Below are positions 51,776 to 64,000 of a stretch of DNA of 64,000 nucleotides, one piece after another. The position numbers and the translations under genes were made by a program. The stretch lies in NCBI RefSeq assembly GCF_003704095.1, contig NW_020844173.1:248001-312000 (forward strand), in the 5' to 3' direction. This DNA is from Pocillopora damicornis (taxonomy: Eukaryota). Each line of letters opens with the position of its first letter. Positions within the stretch are counted from its first letter, which is position 1. The notes under the pieces are model-generated. The model was not told where the DNA came from. It saw only the letters and a program-made list of their open reading frames with translations, and did not search any database.

Positions 51776-52814
51776 NNNNNNNNNNNNNNNNNNNNNNNNN
51801 NNNNNNNNNNNNNNNNNNNNNNNNNNNNNNNNNNNNNNNNNNNNNNNNNNNNNNNNNNNNNNNNNNNNNNNNNNNGAACAAAAGTTGCTATTTACAACGA
51901 AAAGTTTCTACATATTCTACCCAACACTTCGGTATGCTCGACTTTCCCTCGATCGTCGGGCAAGCACTGTGCTGTCTTTTGAGTGAACTATCCGGGTGTA
52001 TATGAAATGGCGGAAAACTGAATTTGGCTATCTTTTCGACTCATTACCTCTCCGAACTCATCACAAACAACACGAATCGATCACGGATTCCGTTATTCTA
52101 TTCTTCATTTGCACCTAAAATTTAATTTAGTTAAAATGGCGATGAAACATTTTAGCATAGGGACATTTGCGTTTACAGAAGCGTTGAATTTAAGCGAGAT
52201 AATTTGTGTTTTGAAATAAATTTTCGTCAAGCTAACACTCACCTTTTTTGTGTATTCCAGCTGTGTCGTCTGCCTTGAAAAGAATTTTCCCACTATGGAA
52301 AACAACACCGGAAAGCTACGATACAGAAAGTCGATAACGTTGAAACAGAGGCCGACTTGGTAATGAAATGAGCACTTCTTCCGATATTTACAGGAACCTT
52401 CGGGATTTTGCCGATGACATCCACGAGCTTTTGCCCTAAAATTTCATTCTTAACTACTTGATTCTGTCAAAGTATTCTATTGATTGTCATATCACGAAGA
52501 AGTCACAAAGTTTTTCCCAAAATGAGTGGCTCAAAGCTCCCGGCTCTGTTTGTTTTGATGCGGTATCACGTAAGACATCTGAACGCGAGGAAACTGGAGA
52601 CTAGTAAGATATCTCCCATAGTCCGTGATCTTGTGTTTTCTTTCGTTTCCTCCAAGAAGATTCCCTTAGATATTCTTACCTCCAGCAATGTTCAGTTATA
52701 ACTTTCACCTAAATATATAGAGAAGTAGCTTAATGGTGCGATTGAAAGAAAGTATTTTCCTAAAGTATTTCACAAGCCCTAGCCACATTGAATAAATTTA
52801 CAACTGACGCAAGA

Positions 52815-52870
52815 TTTGATTGGTCAAACCAATCAATTCCGCGGATCCTATTTCTCAACGGCCAATCATA
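52815..52870 (+). promoter_or_regulatory. CCAAT-box cluster upstream of SNRNP70
   Basis: Palindromic ttgattggtcaaaccaatcaa plus gccaatca, about 170-220 bp before the ATG. Confidence 0.5.
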
Positions 52871-53035
52871 AACTAGATTATATTTTTCCCATGGTTCATA
52901 GGAGAGGAACGAAGCACACGAGACTTCGCTGTCTACAGAAAGATATTTCGTTGTAGTTGCAGTTATTCTACCTTTTTTTCGACTGAAGCTGAATTTGATT
53001 TCGCTTGAGAACAGAGGACATTGGTCGGAAGGAAA

Positions 53036-56000
53036 ATGACGGCCTTTCTTCCGCCGAATCTTCTAGCCTTATTCGCTCCACGCGATCCAATCCCATATTT
53101 AACGCCTTTGGATAAACCTGCTTGGTTGAAACGACCATGGCCGTACTCAGGCATTGCTAAGTTCGTCAGAGAATTCGAGGTGAGAAAATTGTGGCAAACT
53201 TTCTGTTTTGTACATTATTGAGATATCGGAAATGATTTATATTATCTGAATGTTTCTATAACGTAATTTTTTAAAGCCAAAACAAAGTAAAGCTTCTGAG
53301 TTGATGTTGATCGATGAAATGTGAGTTGGGAAACTTCAAAGTTTTGCTGAAGTTGATTATTCCATAGCATCTACCGCAGTTGTTTACTCATTCCAATCAT
53401 AGCTAAATCTTTGGCTATATTTGCTTTTAAAATCGCTGTGTTAAGTACTGCAGTTCTTGTGAAAGAAACCCCGTCACGAAGATCAGGATTTATTTGTTTG
53501 GCGTCATTTTTGCCAGCTCAAACAATGCTCAAAGGAACTTGAGATATCTTAAAGAAATGCTAAGGTTTATTAAGGGGAAGTTATGATTACCAGTAGCAGC
53601 TTTAAATGTTCTTTCAATTCCCAACTGAATCACAACTTTTGGACTTGTTATTACATGCAAAAGTGAGAAGCAATATTTAAAGAAAGTAGGAAATGAATGG
53701 AACAACAATAATTATAGTTTCATAAAACTAGGATTAGATTTGTTATGAGCAAATTTCCAGGTCTACCTTAACCCTTTGTCCCCTTAGAGTGATTGGCATC
53801 TAATTTCTCCTAACAACATCACCCCTGAATCACACATTAAGGTCATGAGAATAAAGGAAATGATCTCTAACTTAAGAGGCTCTTGATCGTCAAACAAATT
53901 CTCCTTGTCAGCACCTTAGGGATGTATAAAAAACAGTATAGAGAACATTTACATATATCATCTTGCAACATCTCTAGCAGACATATTTGCAAGCTCTGAG
54001 TATATGCATACTGATGTGGGGATGTAAAGGATTAATGTTGTGTCTCTTGTTTGTTTACTCTTTGCGTTTCATGGCATTTTAAGCTCTCTTTTCTCATGGT
54101 GTGCTAGACTTTTGTCCCTTCCTAGTTTACTTATTTTTAAGGCTCTTTTTTGTTAGTATGCTCAGACTACCTGAACTAGAAGAGAAATTTCTTATCAAAA
54201 ACATAATGTTAATTGTGCAGTGCATTGCACCCTACTCCACTCACAACAGTCTAACATTGTGGTCAGGTGGTTAGTAAGTGAGCTGAAAATTTGATTGATG
54301 GCAACCAAGATATAGAGGCTAATGGTAGAAGGCAGCTAGTGCAATGACTAGGGAAATGAATGAATAATTGGTGGTAAACTGTGTCTTTTAAAACTAGAAC
54401 TTCACAAAGTCTAGGGTAAGATTTAGTGAAATGACCCTTAGCTGATATTTAATTAATATCACTTGTTCACAGGATCCAAAAGAAACTCCCCCTCCAACAC
54501 GTGGAGAAACAAGAGATGAAAAAACAGAACGCAAGGTACATATAAAGTATCTTTACGAAAACATTTTTCATGTACTACAGAGAAATGTGGAGCAAGAGTT
54601 AATTCACATGAAGAATGGTTAGGTAATCCTTTTTAGGGAGGAATTGATTGATGAAGATTTCCAGAAATCAATACAAATGAATTGTATTGAGTCGCATCCT
54701 TTTCAATGCCAGATTATTGAACTTTAGGGTAAAGGCTCTTTTCAGCTTTGTTAAGTTAGGTGCTAAATGTCTTCTGATAAAATTAAAATTGATTTTTAGA
54801 GAAAAGAAAAAATAGAACGTACTACAAAGTTTCAAGAAGAGCAGATGGAGCAATGTAAGTAGCTTTACAAAATGCAGTCTAAAATATTGTTTTTTGTTAA
54901 GATTGTTTTTGTTGTTGTGGCATCTGTCTGATTATTTGTGATTTCATGATTCCCAATGCTAGAGTAATTTCTCTGATGTAAGAGAAATCTCTTACATCAG
55001 ATTACATTGCAATTTAAGTGTTTGCAGGGTTGGGTGTGCTCATGGGAGCTCAGCTAGGAAAGGTTGCTGATTCATCTACAGGATTTTTGCAGATACTTGG
55101 ATTGTGAAGTCAAGAACTGCCTGTGGAGATCAGTAGATCCTCTGTACTACTTGCATGTTCCTGCTTAAAACTTTTGAGAAGGGCTATATGGTTACATTCC
55201 TGAGTTTGAATTTCATTTCTTTACAGCTCTTTGTTTCCTTTTTATCTAGGGGATCCTCATAATGATGCAAATGCTGTTGGAACTGATGCATTCAGGACAC
55301 TTTTTGTTGGAAGAATTGTAAGTAATGTGTCTAGCAGTTTTATCTCAATATATTAGATTTAAACATGGAGGGAGAAAATTATGTAAGCATACCAAACTTG
55401 TACGTATTTCCAGCAATATGAAACTATCAGGCTTTGGACAAAACTAGTTTTGTATACATCAAGTGGCTAACAGAGCAAGACAGAAAAAGAGTGCAAGGCT
55501 GTAAGCTTGTCTTTTTCATTGTCTCCCTTTGGCAACCTGAAATTGTTAAATTGTGACTAGCAATAATTGAAGACTGGCCTCTAAAAATGACACTTTGTGT
55601 AACATGACTGAAGATGATACACTTGGCTAGTTTTTTAAAGGAGGATGGTTGTCAATGTTTCATTTATTGAAATCATTTTGGAGGTTCACATAACATCTCA
55701 AAGCTTAAATCTTCTGACAAATATGCTGAAAAAGGGAAGAATTATCTGCTTAAATGACTTTTCAAATAAATTTTTATTGGTCTTTAACTTCAGACCATAG
55801 ACACGAAATACATTTGGTGGCTCAGAGGGATATCAAACCAATATTTTCATTTGAATTTTGTCCTACTGTAGAACTTTGACACCTCTGAATCTAAACTGAG
55901 ACGAGAGATGGAGCTGTATGGGCCGATCAAAAGAGTGAGTGATTTACTTTTGATGAATTATGTTGCTTTGCAGTACATTTAATTATTTATTTGTATGTTT

Positions 56001-59000
56001 GATGCAGCAGTATTAAAAGATGCTGTTGTCTCAATAATATGGGATAGAAACATTGGTGTAAACAAACCAATGGCAAATCTTGAAGTAGCTTGTGTCAATT
56101 TTTTTAATACCCATCAGAAGATATCATTCTAAAGCACTTGTTCACAGCTTATTCTTTCCAATATCCTGAGTGTTTTTTTTTTCATGATTAACACTTGATA
56201 TATTGCTTGTTATTTTGGCAAGGAAATTCTAAAATACAATTGTATAGTAATGAAAGACAATATTATTATGTACTGAAAGGTCCTTGTAGCTCTCTCAAGG
56301 TGAACTTAAATGGCATTTATCTGATTATGATAAGTGCACAAAATTGGCAATTTTCTTGAATTCTTAGTTTTAGGCACAAATCCCTGATTTTCCTTTAAAA
56401 GTGTAACTGATTCAACCATTTTATTCCCTTGGGTGACCAAGACATAATTTTTCCTTCCAATATCAATTTGACATCAAGCTTAATTTCCCTAGACAACAGT
56501 TTCATGCAGACTTCTTAATGGCAGAGATATCATTTAGATGACATTTGGAGCACATTTCTTATTTAAAGTTTCAAAGAATTATTAAATGTGTGGCTCTCTA
56601 CTCTATTGTAGATCATTTACCTCTGAAGTTGATAAGTCTGAAGTCATTCATGCTAGTCCAATTCAGATATTTTATTACTCTATTCATTTGTAGATTCACT
56701 TGGTGCACAATACAACAAATGACAAGCCTCGAGGTTATGCCTTTATTGAGTATGAACATGAACGAGACATGCACGGTGAGTATCGCACAATTTTTTGTCA
56801 ATGTAGACCTTCAATATTACCACTTATATCTGTCCTACTTTACTTCAATATACATGTATGTTGTAATTTGAAAAGAATTTAAGTCAAAGTGACATAAACC
56901 TAGATTAATTTTTACTTTTCTAGAAAAAACACAAATCAACTAGTTTAAAAAAAAACATTTTGAACTGAATTCTATTTCAACCTACAACATGTACATGGTT
57001 TTCAATAATTCACTATTTTTCCTAAAATTTCCTTGATGTGCTTTGAAAGCAAGGTTGAGGGAATCGAATATGTTTAAACTTGTAATTTTTTTCATCTAGA
57101 GACTCCAACATGTGTATTTTGTGGTTTGAATTTTTCAATCAAGTTGATTTCAACTCCTTTGTTTCCTTTTCATTATCATGGCCCCATAAGACTTTGAAAA
57201 CCACAAAATGCAAATGTATTACTATTTGATAGTTACCAAGTTCATAATTTTATTATTAAGATTAAAGGTAGCATGTATTCTTACTCCCGTAAGTATGATA
57301 GAGAAGGTTACTGCAAGCAGCTGTGAGACAGGTACAAACAAGGCTTATGGGTAATGGTGTTCAGTAGTTTAACTTATACATATTCTTTGGTGTACATAAT
57401 TATAGGCATTTACGATAAAACTACACATGACATGGTAAAGGGTTGATCTGTGCAATTCAGAATTTATTTTTGACAAACACACTTCGAGTGGTCTTGTTTA
57501 CTAGCAATGCTAAATTTACCAGTATTGCAAAACCAAAGGTTGTATTTCTTGCGCTTTGGAATAAACACTGGTGGAAAAAGAATCTGTGAAAAACTGGTAA
57601 AAAAGGAAATGAAGATAAAGAGAATGCTTCTAGAAAAGCTTTGATCAAGCTGCCTTTGAAACATCAACAGACTAGTCTCTTTTTAAGACTGGTCGATGTT
57701 TTTCACTTTTGCGATTCTTCAAAGTCAACAAATTAAGCTTGTTTTTAGTAGATTTGGACCCAATTTTAGCTTAAGAGGAAGGGAAGGAACATTTGTTTGA
57801 ATTCTTTACTAAGTTTCCCTATTTTGATCGAATCTTGCAGTGAATACTGTATCACTCACCATCACATGAAACTGAGAGTTATCTTTGATGGGCCAGTACT
57901 TGGTTTACTTTTCCAATTACTCTTGTACTCTCCTGAAAGATAATCAGGTAAAAAATGGTGGGTATAGGTTTCTGGCAGGTAAAACTGAGTTGACCCTCAC
58001 TGTTTTCAGTCCAAAAGAAAGAGAAGAAATCCATGCAAATGCTAAAGGGAAAGGTTTCGTTGTTGGCTGTGGAAAATTGAATAGAAAATTAGATTTGCAA
58101 AGGGCGAAAATGCAATGAAATTATCTGTTGTAAGCCAAATTCTTTTTGAGAACCAATTTTGTCATCAGTGAATTTTGAGGTAATATTGATTTACAGATTT
58201 GTGTGCTGTTTAAGGATTTTAAAGTATTTTTGATCTCAAAAAATGCACAAAAGGAGTGAAAGTTGGCTCAAAAAGTGATTTCAACCTTTGCTTTCAATAT
58301 TTTTTGCTATCAAAGCAGCATCCTAATTACATTCTGTTTGCAATGAACTGGAATTGGTTTTTAAAAGAATAAGAGAAGAAATCTTTTTCTGGCCTGACGT
58401 GAATTTCCTGCATCAAAATGCAAATGGTTGTCTACCATACTGGAAAAGGGGTAAACAGTCTTTGATAAAATACAACTAAAATTAGTGTGTATGGGAAAGA
58501 AGGGTGGCTAAATTTCCATATTAAAATAATAATTTCTCGGGTGAGTATAACCAAGGGAAGCCAATTTGCTATTTCTTTTTGTGTCTTAAACTAGTTAAGA
58601 ATGGATTTGCAATTGCATTTCTGACCAGTTATTGAAACACTTCTGGACAATGGTAAATATGTTCACCAGTGTTCAGTTCATTACAAGTGTTTCCATAGCT
58701 TCATGGAGATCAAAGAAACCGTTCATTCTTAATGAAATAAATTTTAGTGTTTGACATTAATAAGATTATTGAAATCTTATTGCATTATATGTGTAATAGT
58801 TTGTTGCCTCAACTTGGTAATTCAGGATAAGCGCAACTCTAAGTGGAATTAATGAGATCCAAAACATTTTAGAGGGAAGGGTGGGACAGGATAGGATGTT
58901 AGATTGGCTTCCTTTGGTGAAGTCACTGGTTGTGATGGTAATGAACTACAGTGACACATACACAAAGTACTGGAGAGCAATGACTGTCAACACTCTTTGC

Positions 59001-62000
59001 CGAGTAATGTTGGTTCCGTAAGGACCTGGCAGGAGTGTGAGTATAATTACACTTCATCTTTTTTTTATACCCCTAAATCCCATTTGATTTTATTTTTGCA
59101 TCTATCCAACTAAAATAAGAGCACTCTTCTATTGGGGAAAATTTTGTTGGAAGGCAAATTGTTTTCTTTTTTTAATGTCAGAAACTATTGGGAAACCAAT
59201 TCTTCCGGTGTTTTATGATGTGAAGCAATTCTTCCGGTGTTTTATGATGTGAAGCTGGTATACAGTTACTTTTTTCTTTACATTCTGAGCTCAGGGAAAT
59301 GTAAATACCAGTTTCAGCATTGTTGTGGGTGACCTTTGATTAAGATTTCTCTTGAAATGCTAAAAGGCTACAAAGAAACTTTACTTTGAAAATGAGAAGA
59401 GTTGGTCCAATCCTATTCTTGCCATGTAATTTTGAAGTGCAAGGGGAAGCCATGAAGTAGTTCAAAGAGTGTTAAAATTGCGTGCTGGCATGTTTTGGCT
59501 GTTCCATTGATGACTAGCTCTGCTCATTTCCTTAACACATACAGTGACCTATCATCAGCTGATAGCAATACAGATGGACCATATTTTCATGCAGTCAACC
59601 CCTGGTTATACACACCATTCTGTGGTCCTTATTTTGATACAATTTCACTGATGAAGTAACCAGTTTTATTCAATACATGCAAAGCAAGAATTCTACAGCT
59701 TTTTTCCCAGTCAAAGTGCTACACTACTTCACGCAGAGAAGTGAAAACCTTTCTCTCCTTAAAACAGCATCTGATCTTCGTTATAATCAAGAAATTATCT
59801 CTTTGAACAAGTTTCTGAATTTTTATAAGTTTGAAATTGTCTATACCTCTCTGTTGGATCACCATGGCCGCGGCATTTGTGTAACTAAGGGTCGACTGTT
59901 TACTAAACATCAATGCCTTCGCTACTCCAAAGTTACCGATTATAAAAACAGGCTAAAATTATCCATATCATCCAGATTACTCAAACTCTATGGGTAAAAA
60001 TGACAAACAGTTTCTTACAAAAACCTGTTGCTTATCTGTGAGCCAAAAGTTGACTGTAAGGTAGTGGAGGGAAGCTGTTCTTTGTTATTACAGTCATCCG
60101 TTTTTTGTTTTTGGCATCTGAAGGGTAAAAGGTACAATAATGGTTTAAGACTTTAGGGGCTGACAAGACAGTATTTAGTGAATTTTAGTTTCAAAGATAG
60201 TATGTGCACCAAGTATCAGAAAACTTCTGATGAGTGGTGACAGTGTGTTCAAAAGTGAGGACATAGACATAGTTTCTAAATCATATACAGAAAGGTTTGT
60301 GATGACGGCCTGTTAGAATGGAATTCTTTATGGCTTGCGCGTAGGCCCGCGTAATTTTCGTTGCTGAACGCGCGTTTTTTCGCCTGCGGAAAACTTGAGA
60401 CGAGTCGGGAGTCTGGCGCTAGTTATCAGTGTAAGACCGCTTGCAGATCTCTCGCCGGCTCGCGTTTATCAAGGCTTCCTACTTTCACGCAGGCGAAAAA
60501 CACCCGTGCTGAAGCGGTAATGACGAGGGCCTACTCTTCGGCTAACTTCTTGAATATTGTCTTTGCTGTTGAGTATGAATTGAGTTCAGGTAAGTACGTC
60601 CTGTCGAAGGAGACTCTTCATTGTGCGGTCAGCATCACTAACATTTGCACCTTTGTTTTGGTTCTGTTGCAGCTGCTTACAAGCACGCGGATGGAAAGAA
60701 GATCGACGGTAGGAGGATCGTGGTAGATGTGGAGAGAGGTCGCACAGTCAAAACATGGAAACCAAGAAGGCTTGGTAAGTCACCACTTCCAGTCTTGTAT
60801 GCATCAGTATGAATATTCTCCACATTGTTCCGTATACTTGTTCTACTGTATTGACTAGGAGAACATGGTTAACAATCCAAGTTTCCCTAGGTGGCGATCA
60901 TTTCTTTTATTCTCATAACCTAGATGGTTGGTTCTGCGAAGGTGTTGTAAGGAGAAGTTAGGGCAAGTCATTTTCAGAAGTTAAAGGGTTAGACGGCTGC
61001 AAGCTCAGCTGCCTTTCCTATGGTTTTAACCAGGCTCCAGTGCCGTTTATCAGCAGCTGCCTTTCCTTTGATCTCAATGGACGAGCTCAAATAAAGACTT
61101 TCTCTGCTTGTTTATTTATCAGTAACACAATGATAGCCTATGACGAAACTTTGTTTTCATTTGTTGTAAAGACATCCGTGTTTCGGTTGATATTGAGATA
61201 GCAGCAGATTAGGTTAATAAGACCCTTTGTTGACTAGTACCTGTTAGGAAAGTATAGACCTGGGAGACTTAGTCTTGACGTTAGTTCTAAGGTCGCAGCT
61301 TTCTGCTTTTCTTAACTTTTGAAATAACCGTCACACCACACACCTTTTAAAAGAGGTTCCTGCTCATAATTGGCCATGCTCTTACCCCTGTTCGGGCACA
61401 GAACTTGAAAAACTTTTTGTTCAGCAGCTATTAAAATGAATTATTACCCTAGCTTAGTCGGGCTCCATTTCCGCAGTTTCCTAGGGTCCGATCTCCGAGG
61501 AGCGCGGTTACATTACTGAACAACGGCTACTAATCGGGCCCAGGCCTATCTCTGAGTGCTCAGTTTTCAGCGCCATGATCTTTGTCAATTGCAATATTTG
61601 TATTCACCTTTTAAGTGAGATAGCTCTGATACTGAAAGGCATCTTTTCGTCCGTAGGTGGAGGACTTGGAGGAACTCGTATCGGTGGGCCAGACGAGAAT
61701 GTAAAGCACTCCGGACGTGTGGAGAATACAGAAAGATACGAGTAATGAATTTTACATATTGGCACAAATCAGATACTTCTAACGCGAGCCTTTTCCCTTG
61801 AATTTGTAAACGTATTCTTTTGCCTTATTGGAGTTCATATTCGGCACAGTTGCCACAATAGGTGAAAATCATAAAGATGCATATGTGGGAAAGTAATATT
61901 GACTGAAGAAAGATTTTCTGCAGTCACAAACACCGCATTGAAATAGTAGCAAACAACCCTCACATCTTTCCTTTCTTGCAGTCATCTTTTACGAATATTG

Positions 62001-62693
62001 TAACAGTGACATAATGGCCAGCTCACAGTGTTGGCTTAAACTGTGATGATCTTTCTTTAGTTCAAAGAGTTCTGATAATGTCATTAGGCGAAAAAACGAT
62101 GAGAACTTGTAAGCAACGTGCACTGTTCCATTTATTTGACTCGACTCATTTACTTTGCAGGGACCGTGAACGCGGCGAAAGGGACAGAGGAGGAGAACGC
62201 GAGAGGGAACGAGAGCGCGAGCGCTATAGGGACCGTGAGCGTGACAAAGATCGTGAGCGTTACAGGGACCGTGACCGAGATCGCGAAAGAGACCGTGATC
62301 GTGATCGTGACCGCGAAAAGGAACGTCGAAAGCACCGAAGTAGGTCACGTGAGAAAGAGCGTGATAAAGATCGTGATCGTGATCGAGACCGGTAAGGGAG
62401 AGCCTTTCATTTTGTACTTCGATGGGTAAATATTCTAGTTTCCCTCACCTTTTCTGTTTATAACGCTGGTTTTAAACTATGTAACGCTCTTTTATCGTAG
62501 GGACAGGGAAAGGCGACGTGATCGTGACCGTGATAGAGACCGGGATCGCGATCGTGATAGGGAAAGGGAGCGCGATAAAGACCGTGACCGTGATCGTGAC
62601 GGAGAGCGAATCAAGGAAGAACCGAATGGTGAATACCCACAGTATGACAACGACAACCAGATCGACAACAACAACTTGGATATGGTAGATTAA
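53036..62693 (+). CDS. SNRNP70: U1 small nuclear ribonucleoprotein 70 kDa
   Basis: Coding exons 53036-53179, 54473-54535, 54800-54854, 55250-55317, 55872-55934, 56694-56775, 60673-60774, 61657-61741, 62161-62391, 62501-62693, all in phase. [23 protein letters not shown]-terminus, RRM (TLFVGRI; [16 protein letters not shown]; [31 protein letters not shown]), RD/RE-rich tail; AATAAA at 62761. Confidence 0.97.
53768..54035 (+). mobile_element. TTAA-flanked MITE with an internal insertion
   Basis: ttaaccctttgtcccc...gatgtaaaggattaa; collinear with 13706-13917 except about 55 extra nt near 53945-54000. Confidence 0.8.
59198..59255. repeat. Perfect 29-bp tandem duplication
   Basis: aattcttccggtgttttatgatgtgaagc occurs twice in SNRNP70 intron 6. 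Confidence 0.9.
60341..60534. repeat. GC-rich degenerate inverted repeat (long hairpin / old MITE)
   Basis: Outer arms gtaggccc/gggcctac, inner perfect 13-bp arms tttttcgcctgcg/cgcaggcgaaaaa, plus further partial pairing inside. Confidence 0.8.
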
Positions 62694-63120
62694 CACGGGT
62701 AATTTTTCATTTTACTGCTCATAAAATTTGAACCCTTAGCCTCTCTGTAACTTGGATTCTAATAAACTATAATGTTAAATGATTTCCTAACATTCGGCTC
62801 CTCGAGGTAAGAAAATATACTCGGTTTTAAATTTTGTTGGTCGGTTTTAACTATGAAGTGGAGTGCGACGTGAATTCCTGTTCTCTTAATAAATTTTTTC
62901 TCAAAATATGTTTTTTGCTTTCAGGTGAAGTTGTAAAAGTCCATCATCACCTCTTCACTGACTGACTTAAAAGGAGGCGTGATAAAAAGCTGAAATGAAG
63001 AAAACTGATTCGTTGTGTATTGTTGAAATCGTTTTAGGTTTAATTCAATCCATCTCCAGGAGTATTTCGTCACTTTCCTTGTTTCTGAGTATGCCTTGGC
63101 TGGTCATACAACTGTCACTC

Positions 63121-63313
63121 TTAACCCTTTACACCCTAACATCAGTATGCATAATCTCTAAACATTTTTCTAAGATGCTGACATGGAGAATTTGTCCAAC
63201 AGTCAAGAGCTTCTTTAGTCGGTGGTTAACTCCTTTATTCTCCTGACCTTAATGTTTGATTCAGTGCTAATATGGTGAGGAGAAATTAGATGTCAGTCAC
63301 TCTTAGGGGTTAA
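63121..63313 (-). mobile_element. TTAA-flanked MITE, reverse orientation
   Basis: ttaaccctttacaccctaacatcagtatgcat...cactcttaggggttaa is the reverse complement of the 13706 family. Confidence 0.8.
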
Positions 63314-64000
63314 AGCCGTTGATGAGACAACTTGTTGCGCCAACAACAAAATGAACTTTGTAGGATAGTTGTAGCATTTTTAACTTGTAGCTGTACTTTC
63401 GCAAATTTTTGGGAGGCGGCTAGTGTAACGCAATTAACGTAATCTTCGTACATTCTGGGCCAATATTCTGTAATGCTCAGCTGCTTCAGACTTGACGCAT
63501 CGGATGGAATGACAGACTTGCCGAAATCAATGAAGTAGAACTTTAAAGATGAGATGATTTTCAGCATTCTTGTGCGCGGTTATAATTACCTTATTTAATT
63601 GTACATTTATTGTAATTTCCTCGGCATTTGTCATAAGTTTTATGTTAATTCAATATCATTATAACCCTTTATCAACCAACTTTTAAACAAAACGTCTGGA
63701 ATGGACTTGCCGAGTTTAAATTAAAAAAATGAGACAAATGACAGAGAACCGTGTTTTGCTTTGTGTATGGAAAAGCGAGTTATGAACGAAAAGCGGAAGT
63801 GTTTGTCACTTAACAGACTTTTTCTGAAACAGATATAGGACCTTCTTCAGATCTCGAGCCACCTACCTTCCCAGCCCGACTGAGCGTAGACTAGAACCGT
63901 ATCATGCAATGTACCTTGCGACGATGTACCTCACGACACTTGAGATAACACTCTCACAAATGAGTCGGACAATTTGATAGCCTAGCCTTACTCTTCGTGT

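Noticed and set aside
53472-53482. TCACGAAG resembling the U1 stem-loop I loop bound by U1-70K, in SNRNP70 intron 1 (also near 52491)
   Set aside because: No convincing flanking stem, and an 8-mer is expected by chance in a window this size.
59500-60310. Possible C/D-box snoRNAs in SNRNP70 intron 6 (several TGATGA and CTGA motifs)
   Set aside because: I could not identify terminal stems or rRNA-complementary guides by eye; snoscan or Infernal would be needed.
61989-62696. Antisense and alternative-frame ORFs rich in SR, VT or HD repeats
   Set aside because: By-products of the RD/RE codon repeats of SNRNP70.
63310-63567. 85-aa minus-strand ORF near the window end
   Set aside because: No recognisable domain, its stop lies in a MITE terminus, and I could not support a splice structure.

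Overview
AT-rich, intron-rich animal genomic DNA, not prokaryotic. The repeat families and gene styles suggest a stony coral or other anthozoan (inference). Three 100-N assembly gaps lie at 47105-47204, 49366-49465 and 51776-51875. Gene order: (-) an unrecognised secreted protein built from exon-encoded cysteine-rich repeats; (+) a 12-coding-exon kinesin-14 (KIFC1/Ncd type); (-) a Shaker/Kv1 channel with candidate alternative N-terminal mini-exons 7 and 10 kb upstream; (-) an ASB3-like ankyrin/SOCS-box gene; (-) three tandem intronless BTB-BACK-Kelch paralogs, one ending in a polybasic CaaX box; (-) a glycine-zipper + acidic linker + ADP-ribosyltransferase-like ORF whose frame continues past an internal TAG; (+) a 10-coding-exon SNRNP70 (U1-70K) whose long intron 6 holds candidate poison exons, one with its acceptor inside a hairpin. 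Introns and intergenic DNA carry many MITE- and SINE-like repeats. Exon boundaries were read by eye from GT/AG sites and phase continuity; no database searches were run.
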